Positions 1 to 14,814 of a stretch of DNA of 64,000 bases are shown here, piece after piece. The stretch comes from the human T2T-CHM13v2.0 reference genome, Homo sapiens. The translations under genes and the position numbers were made by a program. The stretch lies in the NCBI RefSeq assembly GCF_009914755.1, contig NC_060933.1. The stretch is one strand, 5' to 3'. The notes beneath the pieces were generated by a model. That model was not told the DNA's origin. It saw nothing but the letters and a program-made list of their open reading frames with translations, and did no database searches. Within the stretch, counting starts at the first letter, position 1, and each line of letters begins with the position of its first letter.

Positions 1-1550
1 CGGGTTCATTCCATTCCATTCCATTCCATTCCGTTCCATTCCATTCCATTCCATTTCATTCCATTCCATTCTATTCCGTACCATTCCATTCCATCCCATT
101 CCATTCTGTTCCATTCCATGCCATTACACTCGGGTTGATTCCATTCCTTTCCATTCCATTCTTATTGAATCCATTCCATTCCAATCCATTCGAATCCATT
201 CCATTGCACTCGGGTTGATTCCATTCCATTCCATTCCATTCCATTCCATTCCATTCCATTCCATTACATTCGGATTGATTCTATTCAATTCCCTTACACT
301 CCATTACATTCCATTCCATTCGGGATGTTTCCATTCCATTCCATTCCATTCCACTCCATTCCATTGCATCAGGTTGATTGCATTCCATTCCATTCCATTC
401 CATTCCGGATGATTCCATTCCATTGCATTCCATTCCATTCCATTCCATTCCCCTGCACTCGGGTTGATTCCATTCGATTCCATTCCATTCCATTCCATTC
501 CATTCCGTTCCATTCCATTCCATTGCATTCTATTCCGGTTAATTCCATTCCATTCCATTCGATTCCATTCCATTCCATTCCATTCCATTCCATTCCATTC
601 CATTGCCATCGAGTTGATTCCATTCCATTCCATTCCATTCCGTTCCGGATGATTCCATTCCATTCCATTCCATTCCCCTGCAGTCGGGTTGATTCCATTC
701 CATTCCATTCCATTCCATTCCATTCCATTCCATTCCATTCCATTGCATTCCATTCCGTTCCATTCCATTCCATTCCATTCCATTCTATTCAGGTTAATTC
801 CATTCCATTCCATTCCATTCCATTCCATTCCAATCGAGTTGATTCCATTCCATTCCATTCCATTCCACTACATTCCAGTCCTTTCCATTCCATTACACTC
901 GGGTTGATTCCATTCTATTCCATTCTATTCCATTCCATTCCATTGCAATCGAGTTGATTCCATTGCTTTGCATTCCATTCCATTCCATTCCATTCCGGAT
1001 GATTCCATTCCATTGCATTCCATTCCATTCCATTCCCCTGCACTCGGGTTGATTCCATTCCATTCCACTCCATTCCTTTCCATTCCATTCCATTCCATTG
1101 TATTCGGGTTAATTCCATTCCATTCCATTCCATTCCATTCCATTCCAATACATTCCTTTACAATCGAGTTGATTCCATTCCATTCCATTCCATTCCATTC
1201 CACTCCAGTCCTTTCCATTCCATTCCACTCGGGTTGATTCCATTCTATTAGTTTCCATTCCATTCCATTCCCTTCCATTCCACTCTGATTGATTCCATTC
1301 CTTTCCATTCCACTCGAATACATTCCCACCTATTCCACTCGGAACGATTCCATTCCATTCCATTCCATTCCATTCCATTCCATTCCATTCCATTCCAGTT
1401 CGTTCCATTCCATTCTATTCCGTACCATTCCTTTCCATTCCATTCCTTTCCACTCGTGTTGATTCCATTCCTTTCCATTCCATTCGGTTTGAAGGCATTC
1501 CATTCCATTCAATTCCATTCCATTCCATTCCATTCCATTCCATTCCATTC
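1..1550 (+). repeat. ~1.55-kb segment duplicated at ~4140-5680 (offset ~4.12-4.14 kb)
   Basis: Shared private words (cttattgaatcc, gcatcaggttg, gccatcgag, ctacattccagtcc, caatacattcctttac, cggtttgaaggc). ORF pairs 893/5017 and 968/5092. Confidence 0.85.
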
Positions 1551-4139
1551 CATTCCCCTGTACTCGGGTTGATTCCAATCCATTCCATTCCAATCCATGC
1601 CATTCCACTCGTGTTGATTCCGTTCTTTCCATTCCATTCAAGTTGAATCCATTCCATTGCATTCCATTCCATTCGATTCCATTCGATTGCACTCGGGTTG
1701 ATTCCATTCCATTGCATTCCATTCCATTCCATTCCGTTCCATTCCATTCCATTACATTCGGATTGATTCTATTCAATTCCCTTACACTCCATTACATTCC
1801 ATTCCATTCGGGTAGTTTCCATTCCATTCCATTCCATTCCTCTCCATTCCATTGAACTCGGGTTGATTCCATTCCATTGCATTCCATTCCATTCCATTCC
1901 ATTCCATTCCGTTCCATTCCATTCCATTACATTCGGATTGATTCTATTCAACTCCCTTACTCTCCATTACATTCCGTTCCATTCGGGTTGTTCCATTCCA
2001 TTCCATTCCATTCCACTCCATTCCATTGCACTCGGGTTGATTCCATTCCATTCCATTCCATTCCATTCCATTCCATTCCATTCCGTTCCGGAAGATTCCA
2101 TTCCATTGCATTCCATTCCATTCCATTCCCCTGCACTCGCGTTGATTCCATTCCATTCCATTTGATTCCATTCCATTCCATTCCATTCCATTCCGGAAGA
2201 TTCCATTCCATTGCATTCCATTCCATTCCATTCCCCTGCACTCGCGTTGATTCCATTCCATTCCATTCCATTCCATTCCATTCCGTTCCGTTCCGTTCCA
2301 TTCCATTCCAATCCATTCCATTCCATTCCATTCCATTCCGTTCCGTTCCATTCCATTCCATTCCATTCTATTTGGGTTAATTCCATTCCATTCCATTGGA
2401 TTGCAATCGAGTTGATTCCATTCCATTCCATTCCATTCCATTCCATTCCATTCCATTCCTTTCCATTCCATTACGGGTGACTCCATTCCATTGCATTCCA
2501 TTCCATTCCATTCCCCTGTACTCGGGTTGATTCCATTCCATTCCATTCCAATCCATGCCATTCCACTCGTGTTGATTCCATTCTTTCCATTCCATTCAAG
2601 TTGAATCCATTCCATTGCATTGCATTCCATTCGATTCCATTCGATTGCACTCGGGTTCATTCCATTCCATTCCATTCCATTCCATTCCATTCCGTTCCGT
2701 TCCATTCCATTCCATTCTATTCGGATTGATTCTATTCAATTCCCTTACACTCCATTACATTCCATTCCATTCGGGTAGTTTCCATTCCATTCCATTCCAT
2801 TCCTCTCCATTCCATTGCACTCGGGTTGATTCCATTCAATTGCATTCCATTCCATTCCATTCAATTCCATTCCGTTCCATTCCATTCCATTACATTCGGA
2901 ATGATTCTATTCAACTCCCTTACTCTCCATTACATTCCATTCCATTCGGGTTGTTCCATTCCATTCCATTCCATTCCACTCCATTCCATTGCACTCGGGT
3001 TGATTCCATTCCATTCCATTCCATTCCATTCCGGAAGATTCCATTCCATTGCATTCCATTACATTCCATTACCCTGCACTCGCGTTGATTCCATTCCATT
3101 CCATTCCATTCCATTCCGTTCCATTCCATTCCTTTCCGTTCCATTCCATTCCATTCCATTCCATTCCATTCCGTTCCGTTCCGTTCCGTTCCATTCCATT
3201 CCATTCTATTCGGGTTAATTCCATTCCATTCCATTCGATTGCAATCGAGTTGATTCCATTCCATTCCATTCCATTCCATTCCATTCCATTCCATTCCTTT
3301 CCATTCCATTACGGATGATTCCATTCCATTGCATTCCATTCCATTCCATTCCCCTGTACTCGGGTTGATTCCATTCCATTCCATTCCAATCCATGCCATT
3401 CCACTCGTGTTGATTCCATTCTTTCCATTCCATTCAAGTTGAATCCATTCCATTGCATTCCATTCCATTCGATTCCATTCGATTGCACTCGGGTTGATTC
3501 CATGGCATTGCATTCCATTCCATTCCATTCCATTCCATTCCATTCCTTTCCATTCCATTCCATTCGGATTCATTCTATTCAATTCCCTTACACTCCATTA
3601 CATTCCATTCCATTCGTGTAGTTTCCATTCCATTCCATTCCATTCCTCTCCATTCCATTGCACTCGGGTTGATTCCATTCCATTCCATTCCATTCCATTC
3701 CATTCCATTCCATTCCATTCCGGATGATTCCATTCCATTGAATTCCATTCCATTCCATTCCCCTGCACTTAGGTTGATTCCATTCCATTCCATTCCATTC
3801 CTTTCTGTTCCATTCAATTCCATTCCATTCCATTCTATTCGTGTTAATTCCATTCCATTCTATTCCATTCCATTCCATTGAAATCGAGTTGATTCCATTC
3901 CATTCCATTCCATTCCATTCCATTCCATTCCGGATGATTCCATTCCATTGCATTCCATTCCATTCCATTCCCCTGCACTCGGGTTGATTCCATTCCATTC
4001 CATTCCATTCCATTCCATTCCATTCCATTCCACTCGGGTTGATTCCATTCTATTCCTTTCAATTCCATTCCATTCCATTGCAATCGAGTTGATTCCATTC
4101 GAGTTGAATCCATTCCATTCCATTCCATTCCATTGCACA

Positions 4140-5680
4140 CGGGTTCATTCCATTCCATTCCATTCCATTCCGTTCCATTCCATTCCATTCCATTTCATTC
4201 CATTCCATTCTATTCCGTACCATTCCATTCCATCCCATTCCATTCTGTTCCATTCCATGCCATTACACTCGGGTTGATTCCATTCCTTTCCATTACATTC
4301 TTATTGAATCCATTCCATTCCAATCCATTCGAATCCATTCCATTGCACTCGGGTTGATTCCATTCCATTCCATTCCATTCCATTCCATTCCATTCCATTA
4401 CATTCGGATTGATTCTATTCAATTCCCTTACACTCCATTACATTCCATTCCATTCGGGATGTTTCCATTCCATTCCATTCCATTCCACTCCATTCCATTG
4501 CATCAGGTTGATTGCATTCCATTCCATTCCATTCCATTCCGGATGATTCCATTCCATTGCATTCCATTCCATTCCATTCCCCTGCACTCGGGTTGATTCC
4601 ATTCCATTCCATTCCATTCCATTCCATTCCATTCCATTCCGTTCCATTCCATTCCATTGCATTCTATTCCGGTTAATTCCATTCCATTCCATTCGATTCC
4701 ATTCCATTCCATTGCATTCCATTCCATTGCCATCGAGTTGATTCCATTCCATTCCATTCCATTCCGTTCCGGATGATTCCATTCCATTCCATTCCATTCC
4801 ATTCCATTCCCCTGCAGTCGGGTTGATTCCATTCCATTCCATTCCATTCCATTCCATTCCATTCCATTGCATTCCATTCCGTTCCATTCCATTCCATTCC
4901 ATTCCATTCTATTCAGGTTAATTCCATTCCATTCCATTCCATTCCATTCCATTCCAATCGAGTTGATTCCATTCCATTCCATTCCATTCCACTACATTCC
5001 AGTCCTTTCCATTCCATTACACTCGGGTTGATTCCATTCTATTCCATTCTATTCCATTCCATTCCATTGCAATCCAGTTGATTCCATTGCTTTGCATTCC
5101 ATTCCATTCCATTCCATTCCGGATGATGCCATTCCATTGCATTCCATTCCATTCCATTCCCCTGCACTCGGGTTGATTCCATTCCATTCCACTCCATTCC
5201 TTTCCATTCCATTCCATTCCATTGTATTCGGGTTAATTCCATTCCATTCCATTCCATTCCATTCCATTCCAATACATTCCTTTACAATCGAGTTGATTCC
5301 ATTCCATTCCATTCCATTCCATTCCACTCCAGTCCTTTCCATTCCATTCCACTCGGGTTGATTCCATTCTATTAGTTTCCATTCCATTCCATTCCCTTCC
5401 ATTCCACTCTGGTTGATTCCATTCCTTTCCATTCCACTCGAATACATTCCCTCCTATTCCACTCGGAACGATTCCATTCCATTCCATTCCATTCCATTCC
5501 ATTGCATTCCATTCCATTCCATTCCAGTTAGTTCCATTCCATTCTATTCCGTACCATTCCTTTCCATTCCATTCCTTTCCACTCGTGTTGATTCCATTCA
5601 TTTCCATTCCATTCGGTTTGAAGGCATTCCATTCCATTCAATTCCATTCCATTCCATTCCATTCCATTCCATTCCATTCC
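4140..5680 (+). repeat. Second copy of the 1-1550 segment
   Basis: Begins (gcaca)cgggttcattcc like position 1 and is colinear with it until ~5680. Confidence 0.85.
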
Positions 5681-6828
5681 ATTCTTTTCCATTCCATTGC
5701 AATCGAGTTGAATCCATTGCCTTTCATTCCATTCCATTCCATTACATTACATTCCGGAAGATTCCATTCCATTGCATTCCATTCCATTCCATTCCCCTGC
5801 ACTCGCGTTGATTCCATTCCATTCCATTCCATTCCATTCAATTCCATTCCATTCCATTCCTTTCTATTCCATTACGGATGACTCCATTCCATTGCATTCC
5901 ATTCCATTCCATTCCCCTGTACTCGGGTTGATTCCATTCCATTCCATTCCACTCCATTCGGTTCCGTTGCATTCCATTCTATTGCATTCCATTCTATTCG
6001 GGTTAATTCCATTCCATTCTATTCCATTCCATTCCATTCCATTCCATTGCAATGGAGTTGATTCCATTCCCTTCCATTCCATTCCGGATGATTCCATTCC
6101 ATTGCATTCCATTCCATTCCATTCCCCTGCACTCGTGTTGATTCCATTCCCTTCCATTCCATTCCATTCCGTTCCATTCCCTTCCTTTCCGTTCTATTCC
6201 GGTTAATTCCATTCCATTCCATTCCATTCCATTCCATTCCACTCCATTGCAATCGAGTTGATTCCATTCCATTCCTTTCCATTCCATTCCATTGCCTTGC
6301 ATTGCACTCGGGTTGATTCCATTCCTTTCTTCCCACTCCATTACATTCCCTTCCATTCCACTCGGAATGATTGATTCCATTCCATTCCATTCCATTTCAT
6401 TCCATTGCAATCCATTCCAATCCATTCCGTTCCATTCCATTCCACTCGAGTTGACTTCATTCCATTCCTTTCCATTCCATTCCATTCCTTTCCACTCGAG
6501 TTGATTCCATTCCATTCCATTCCATTGCATTCCATTCTATGCCATTCCACTCGGGTTGATTCCATTCCTTTGCATTCCATTCCATTCCATTGCATTCCAT
6601 TCCATTTCATTCCGTTGCATTCCATTCCATTACATTCGGATTGATTCTATTCAACTCCCTTACTGTCCATTACATTCCATTCCATTCGGCTTGTTCCATT
6701 CCATTCCATTCCATTCCACTCCATTGCATTGCACTCGGGTTGATTCCATTCCACTCCATTCCATTCCATTCCATTCCGGATGATTCCATTCCATTGCATT
6801 CCGTTCCATTACATTCCCCTGCACTCGC

Positions 6829-9800
6829 GTTGATTCCATTCCATTCCATTCCATTCCATTCAATTCCTTTCCATTACCATTCGTTCCATTCCATTCTATT
6901 CCGTACCATTCCATTCCATTCCATACCATTCCATTCCATTCCATTCCATTCCATTCCATTCCATTCCATTCCATTCCATTCTATTCCATTCCACTGCAAT
7001 CGAGTTGAATCCATTGCATTTCATTCCATTCCATTGCATTCCATTCCATTCCGGAAGATTCCATTCCATTGCATTCCATTCCATTCCATTCCCCTGCACT
7101 CGCGTTGATTCCATTCCATTCCATTCCATTCCATTCCATTCCATTCCATTCCGTTCCGTTCCGTTCCTTTCCATTCCATTCCATTCCATTCCATTCCATT
7201 CCGTTCCGTTCCATTCCATTCCATCCCATTCTATTCGGGTTAATTCCATTCCATTCCATTCGATTGTAATCGAGTTGATTCCATTCCATTCCATTCCATT
7301 CCATTCCATTCCATTCCTTTCCATTCCATTACGGATGATTCCATTCCATTGCATTCCATTCCATTCCATTCCCCTGTACTCGGGTTGATTCCATTCCATT
7401 GCATTCCAATCCATGCCCTTCCTCTCGTGTTGATTCCATTCTTTCCATTCCATTCAAGTTGAATCCATTCCATTGCATTCCATTCCATTCGATTCCATTC
7501 GATTGCACTCGGGTTGATTCCATTCCATTGCATTCCATTCCATTCCATTCCATTCCATTACATTCGGATTGATTCTATTCAATTCCCTTACACTCCATTA
7601 CATTCCATTCCATTCGGGTAGTTTCCATTCCATTCCATTCCATTCCTCTCCATTCCATTGCACTCGGGTTGATTCCATTCCATTGCATTCCATTCCATTC
7701 CATTCAATTCCATTCCGTTCCATTCCATTCCATTACATTCGGATTCATTCTATTCAACTCCCTTACTCTCCATTACATTCCATTCCATTCGGGCTCTTCC
7801 ATTCCATTCCATTCCATTCCACTCCATTCCATTGCACTCGGGTTTATTCCATTCCATTCCATTCCATTCCATTCCATTCCATTCCATTCCGGAAGATTCC
7901 ATTCCATTGCATTCCATTCCATTCCATTCCCCTGCACTCGGGTTGATTCCATTCCATTCCACTCCATTCCGTTCCATTCCATTCCATTCCATTGTATTCG
8001 GGGTAATTCCATTCCATTCCATTCCATTCCATTCCATTCCATTCCATTACAATCGAGTTGATTCCATTCCATTCGATTCCATTCCAGTCCTTTCCATTCC
8101 ATTCCACTCGGGTTGATTCCATTCTATTAGTTTCCATTCCATTCCATTCCCTTCCATTCCACTCTGGTTGATTCCATTCCTTTCCATTCCACTCGAATAA
8201 ATTCCCTCCTATTCCACTCGGAACGATTCCATTCCATTCCATTCCATTCCATTCCATTCCATTCCATTTCGTTCCATTCCATTCTATTCCGTATCATTCC
8301 ATTCCATTCCATTCCATTCCATTCCATTCCACTCGTGTTGATTCCATTCCTTTCCATTCCATTCGGTTTGAAGGCATTCCATTCCATTCCATTCCATTCC
8401 ATTCCATTCCATTCCATTGTACTCTGGTTGATTGCATTCCATTGCATTCCATTCCATTCCATTCCGTTGCATTCCATTCCATTACATTCGGATTGATTCT
8501 ATTCAACTCAATTACATTCCATTACATTCCATTCCATTCGGGTTGTTCCATTCCATTCCATTCCATTCCACTCCATTCCATTGCACTCGGGTTGATTCCA
8601 TTCCATTCCATTCCATTCCATTCCATTCCATTCCATTCCGGATGATTCCATTCCATTGCATTCCGTTCCATTACATTCCCCTGCACTCGCGTTGATTCCA
8701 TTCCATTCCATTCAATTCCATTAAATTACAATTCGTTACATTCCATTCTATTCCGTACCATTCCATTCCATTCCATTCCATTCCGTTCCATTCCGTTCCA
8801 TTGCATTCCATTCCATTCTATTCGGGTTCATTCTATTCCATTCCATTCCGTTCCATTCTATTCCATTCCATTGCAATCGAGTTGAATTCATTGCGTTTCA
8901 TTCCATTCCATTCCATTCCATTCCATTCCATTCCGGAAGATTCCATTCCATTGCATTCCATTCCATTCCATTCCCCTGCACTCGCGTTGATTCCATTCCA
9001 TTCCATTCCATTCCATTCCATTCCATTCCGTTCCGTTCCATTCCACTCTATTCCATTCCATTCCATTCCATTCCATTCCGTTCCTTTCCATTCCATTCCA
9101 TTCTATTCTATTCGGGTTAATTCCATTCCATTCCATTCGATTGCAATCGAGTTGATTCCATTCCATTGCATTCCATTCCATTCGATTCCATTCGATTGCA
9201 CTCGGGTTGATTCCATTCCATTGCATTCCATTCCATTCCATTCCCCTGCACTCGGGTTGATTCCATTACATTCCATTCCATTACATTCCATTCCATTCCG
9301 TTCCATTTCATTCTATTCGGGTTAATTCCATTCCATTCCATTCCACTCCATTCCAGTCCTTTCCTTTCCATTCCACTCGGGTTGATTCCATTCTATTCCT
9401 TTTAATTCCATTCCATTCCATTGCAATCGAGTGGATTCCATTCGAGTTGAATCCATTCCATTCCATTCCATTCCATTCCATTGCACACGGGTTCATTCCA
9501 TTCCATTCCATTCCATTCCATTCCATTCCATTCCATTCTATTCCATTTCATTCCATTCCGTTCTATTCCGTACCATTCCATTCCATCCCATTCCATTCCG
9601 TTCCATTCCATGCCATTACACTCGGGTTGATTCCATTCCTTTCCATTCCATTCTTGTTGAATCCATTCCATTCCATTCCATTCCATTCCATTCGAATCCA
9701 TTCCATTGCACTCGGGTTGATTCCATTCCATTCCATTCCATTCCATTTCATTCCATTCCATTCCATTACATTCGGATTGATTCTATTCAATTCCCTTACA

Positions 9801-12800
9801 CTCCATTACATTCCATTCCATTCGGGATGTTTCCATTCCATTCCATTCCATTCCACTCCATTCCATTGCATCAGGTTGATTGCATTCCATTCCATTCCAT
9901 TCCATTCCGGATGATTCCATTCCATTGCATTCCATTCCATTCCATTCCATTCCGTTCCGGATGATTCCATTCCATTCCATTCCATTCCATTCCATTCCCC
10001 TGCAGTCGGGTTGATTCCATTCCATTCCATTCCATTCCATTCCATTTTATTCCATTCCGTTCAATTCCATTCCATTCCATTCTATTCGGGTTAATTCCAT
10101 TCCATTCCATTCCATTCCATTCTGTTCGGGTTAATTCCATTCCATTCCATTCCATTCCATTCCATTCCATTCTATTCCATTCCATTGCAATCGAGTTGAA
10201 TCCATTGCATTTCATTCCATTCCATTCCATTCCATTCCATTCCATTCCATTCCGGAAGATTCCATTCCATTACATTCCATTCCATTCCATTCCCCTGCAC
10301 TCGCGTTGATTCCATTCCATTCCATTCCATTCCATTCCATTCCGTTCCGTTCCGTTCCGTTCCTTTCCATTCCATTCCATTCCATTCCATTCCGTTCCGT
10401 TCCATTCCATTCAATTCCATTCTATTCGGGTTAATTCCATTCCATTCCATTCGATTGCAATCGTGTTGATTCCATTCCATTCCATTCCATTCCATTCCAT
10501 TCCATTCCATTCCATTCCATTCCTTTCCATTCCATTACGGATGATTCCATTCCATTGCATTCCATTCCATTCCATTCCCCTGTACTCGGGTTGATTCCAT
10601 TCCATTGCATTCCAATCCATGCCATTCCACTCGTGTTGATTCCATTCTTTCCATTCCGTTCAAGTTGAATCCATTCCGTTGCATTATATTCCATTCGATT
10701 CCATTCGATTTCACTCGGGTTGATTCCATTCCATTGCATTCCATTCCATTCCATTCCATTCCATTCCGTTCCATTCCATTCCATTACATTCGGATTGATT
10801 CTATTCAACTCCCTTACTCTCCATTACATTCCATTCCATTCGGGTTGTTCCATTCCATTCCATTCCATTCCACTCCATTCCATTGGACTCGGGTTTATTC
10901 CATTCCATTCCATTCCATTCCATTCCATTCCGGAAGATTCCATTCCATTGCATTCCATTCCATTCCATTCCCCTGCACTCGCGTTGATTCCATTCTATTC
11001 CATTCTATTCCATTCCTTTCCCTTCCTTTCCGTTCCATTCCGTTCCATTCCGTTCAGTTCCGTTCCACTCCATTCCATTCCATTCTATTCGGGTTAATTC
11101 CATTCCATTCCATTCGATTGCAATCGAGTTGATTCCATTCCATTCCATTTCATTCCATTCCATTCCATTCCATTCCATTCCATTCCTTTCCATTCCATTA
11201 CGGATGATTCCATTCCATTGCATTCCATTCCATTCCATTCCCCTGTACTCGGGTTGATTCCATTCCATTCCATTCCAATCCATGCCCTTCCACTCGTGTT
11301 GATTCCATTCTTTCCATTCCATTCTAGTTGAATCCATTCCATTGCATTCCATTCCATTCGATTCCATTCGATTGCACTCGGGTTGATTCCATTCCATTGC
11401 ATTCCATTCCATTCCATTCCATTCCATTCCATTCCATTCCGTTCCATTCCATTCCATTACATTCGGATTGATTCTATTCAACTCCCTTACTCTCCATTAC
11501 ATTCGATTCCATTCGGGTTGTTCCATTCCATTCCATTCCATTCGACTCCATTCCATTGCACTCGGGTTGATTCCATTACATTCCATTCCATTCCGGAAGA
11601 TTCCATTCCATTGCATTCCATTACATTCCATTCCCCTGCACTCGCGTTGATTCCATTCCTTTCCATTCCATTCCATTCCATTCCATTCCATTCCGTTCCA
11701 TTCCATTCCATTCCATTCCATTCCATTCCATTCCGTTCCGTTCCATTCCATTCCATTCCATTCTATTCGGGTTAATTCCATTCCATTCCATTCCATTGCA
11801 ATCTTGTTGATTCCATTCCATTCCATTCCATTCCATTACATTCGGATTGATTCTATTCAACTCCCTTACTCTCCATTACATTCCATTCCATTCGGGTTGT
11901 TCCATTCCATTCCATTCCATTCCACTCCATTCCATTGCACTCGGGTTTATTCCATTCCATTCCATTCCATTCCATTCCATTCCATTCCGGAAGATTCCAT
12001 TCCATTGCATTCCATTCCATTCCATTCCCCTGCACTCGCGTTGATTCCACTCCATTCCATTCCATTCCATTCCATTCCATTCCATTCCATTCCTTTCCGT
12101 TCCATTCCATTCCATTCCATTCCATTCCATTCCGTTCCGTTCCGTTCTATTCTATTCCATTCCATTCTATTCGGGTTAATTCCATTCCATTCCATTCGAT
12201 TGCAATCGAGTTGATTCCATTCCATTCCTTTCCATTCCATTCCATTCCATTCCATTCCATTCCTTTCCATTCCATTACGGATGATTCCATTCCATTGCAT
12301 TCCATTCCATTCCATTCCCCTGTACTCGGGTTGATTCCATTCCATTCCATTCCATTCCATTCTATTCCATTCCATTCCATTCCATTCCGGAAGATTCCAT
12401 TCCATTGCATTCCATTCCATTCCATTCCCCTGCACTCGCGTTGATTCCATTCAATTCCATTCCATTCCATTCCATTCCATTCCATTCCGATCCGTTCCGT
12501 TCCATTCCATTCCATTCCATTCCATTCCGTTCCGTTCCATTCCATTCCATTCCATTCCATTCCATTCCATTCCATTCTATTCGGGTTAATTCCATTCCAT
12601 TCCATTCAATTGCAATCAAGTTGATTCCATTCCATTCCATTCCATTCCATTCCATTCCTTTCCATTACATTACGGATGATTCCATTCCATTTAATTCCAT
12701 TCCATTTCATTCCATTCCATTCCATTCCCCTTTACTCGGGTTGATTCCATTCCATTCCATTCCAATCCATGCCATTCCACTCGTGTTGATTCCATTCTTT

Positions 12801-14814
12801 CCATTCCATTCAAGTTGAATCCATTCCGTTGCATTCCATTCCATTCGATTCCATTTGATTGCACTCGGGTTGATTCCATGGCATTGCATTCCATTCCATT
12901 CCATTCCATTCCATTCCATTCCATTCCATTCCATTCCTTTCCATTCCATTCCATTCCATTCCATTCGGATTCATTCTATTCAATTCCCTTACACTCCATT
13001 ACATTCCATTCCATTCGTGTAGTTTCCATTCCATTCCATTCCATTCCTCTCCATTCCATTGCACTCTGGTTGATTCCATTCCATTCCATTCCATTCCATT
13101 CCATTCCATTCCGGATGATTCCATTCCATAGAATTCCATTCCATTCCATTCCCCTGCACTTGGGTTGATTCCATTCCATTCCATTCCATTCCTTTCTGTT
13201 CCATTCCATTCCATTCCATTCCATTCTATTCGTGTTAATTCCGTTCCATTCTATTCCATTTCATTCCATTGAAATCGAGTTCATTCCATTCCATTCCTTT
13301 CCATTCCATTCCTTTCCATTCCATTACTAATGATTCCATTCCATTCCATTCCATTCCATTCCATTCCCCTGCAGTCGGGTTGATTCCATTCCATTCCATT
13401 TCATTCCATTCCATTCCATTCCATTCCATTCCGTTCCATTCCATTCCTTTCAATTCTATTTGGGTTAATTCCATTCCATTCCATTCCGTTCCGTTCCATT
13501 CCATTCCATTCCATTCCATTCCGTTCCGTTCCATTCCAATCCATTCCATTCTATTCGGGTTAATTCCATTCCATTCCATTCGATTGCCATCAAGTTGATT
13601 CCATTCCATTCCATTCCATTCCATTCCATTCCTTTCCATTCCATTACGGATGATTCCATTCCATTGCATTCCATTCCATTCCATTCTCCTGTACTCGGTT
13701 TGATTCCATTCCATTCCATTCCAATCCATGCCATTCCACTCCTGTTGATTCCATTCTTTCCATTCCATTCATGTTGAATCCATTCCATTGCATTCCATTC
13801 CATTCGATTCCATTCGATTGCACTCGGGTTGATTCCATTCCATTGCATTGCATTCCATTCAATTCCATTCCATTTCATTCTATTCCGTTCCATTCCATTC
13901 CATTACATTCGGATTGATTCTATTCAATTCCCTTACACTCCATTACATTCCATTCCATTCGGGTAGTTTCCATTCCATTCCATTCCATTCCTCTCCATTC
14001 CATTGCACTGGGGTTGATTCCATTCCATTGCATTCCATTCCATTCCATTCAATTCCATTCCGTTCCATTCCATTCCATTACATTCGGATTGATTCTATTC
14101 AACTCCCTTACTCTCCATTACATTCGATTCCATTCGGGTTGTTCCATTCCATTCCATTCCATTCCACTCCATTCCATTGCACTCGGGTTTATTCCATTCC
14201 ATTCCATTCCATTCCATTCCATTCCATTCCATTCCATTCCGGAATATTCCATTCCATTGCATTCCATTCCATTCCATTCCCCTGCACTCGCGTTGATTCC
14301 ATTCCATTCCATTCCATTCCATTCCATTCCATTGCATTCCTTTCCTTTCCATTCCATTCCATTCCATTCCAATCCATTCCATTCCGTTCCGTTCCGTTCC
14401 ATTCCATTCCATTCCATTCTATTCGGGTTAATTCCATTCCATTCCATTCGATTGCAAACGAGTTGATTCCATTCCATTCTATTCCATTCCATTCCATTCC
14501 TTTCCATTCCATTACGGATGATTCCATTCCATTGCATTCCATTCCATTCCATTCCCCTGTACTCGGGTTGATTCCATTCCATTCCATTTCACTTCTTGCC
14601 ATTCCACTCGTGTTGATTCCATTCTTTCCATTCCATTCAAGTTGAATCCATTCCATTGCATTCCATTCCATTCCATTCCCCTGCAGTCGGGTTGATTCCA
14701 TTCCATTCCATTCCATTCCATTCCATTCCATTCCGTTCCGTTCCGTTCCATTCCATTCCATTCCATTCTATTCAGTTAATTCCATTCCATTCCATTCCAT
14801 TCCATTCCAATCGA
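6829..14814 (+). repeat. 7,986-bp tandem duplication, copy 1
   Basis: Identical ORF translations recur at +7986 (6896/14882, 7569/15555, 9431/17417, 13848/21834) or +7991 (10605/18596, 12405/20396). Confidence 0.95.

Noticed and set aside
1682-1697. CENP-B box-like word ttcgattgcactcggg (recurrent)
   Set aside because: The CENP-B box needs TTCG-N4-A-N2-CGGG. Here the spacing is N5, one base off, and this is not alpha satellite.
2086-2093. TTCCGGAA as a STAT (GAS) site
   Set aside because: Canonical GAS is TTC-N3-GAA (N4 for STAT6). The N2 spacing here fits an HSE instead.
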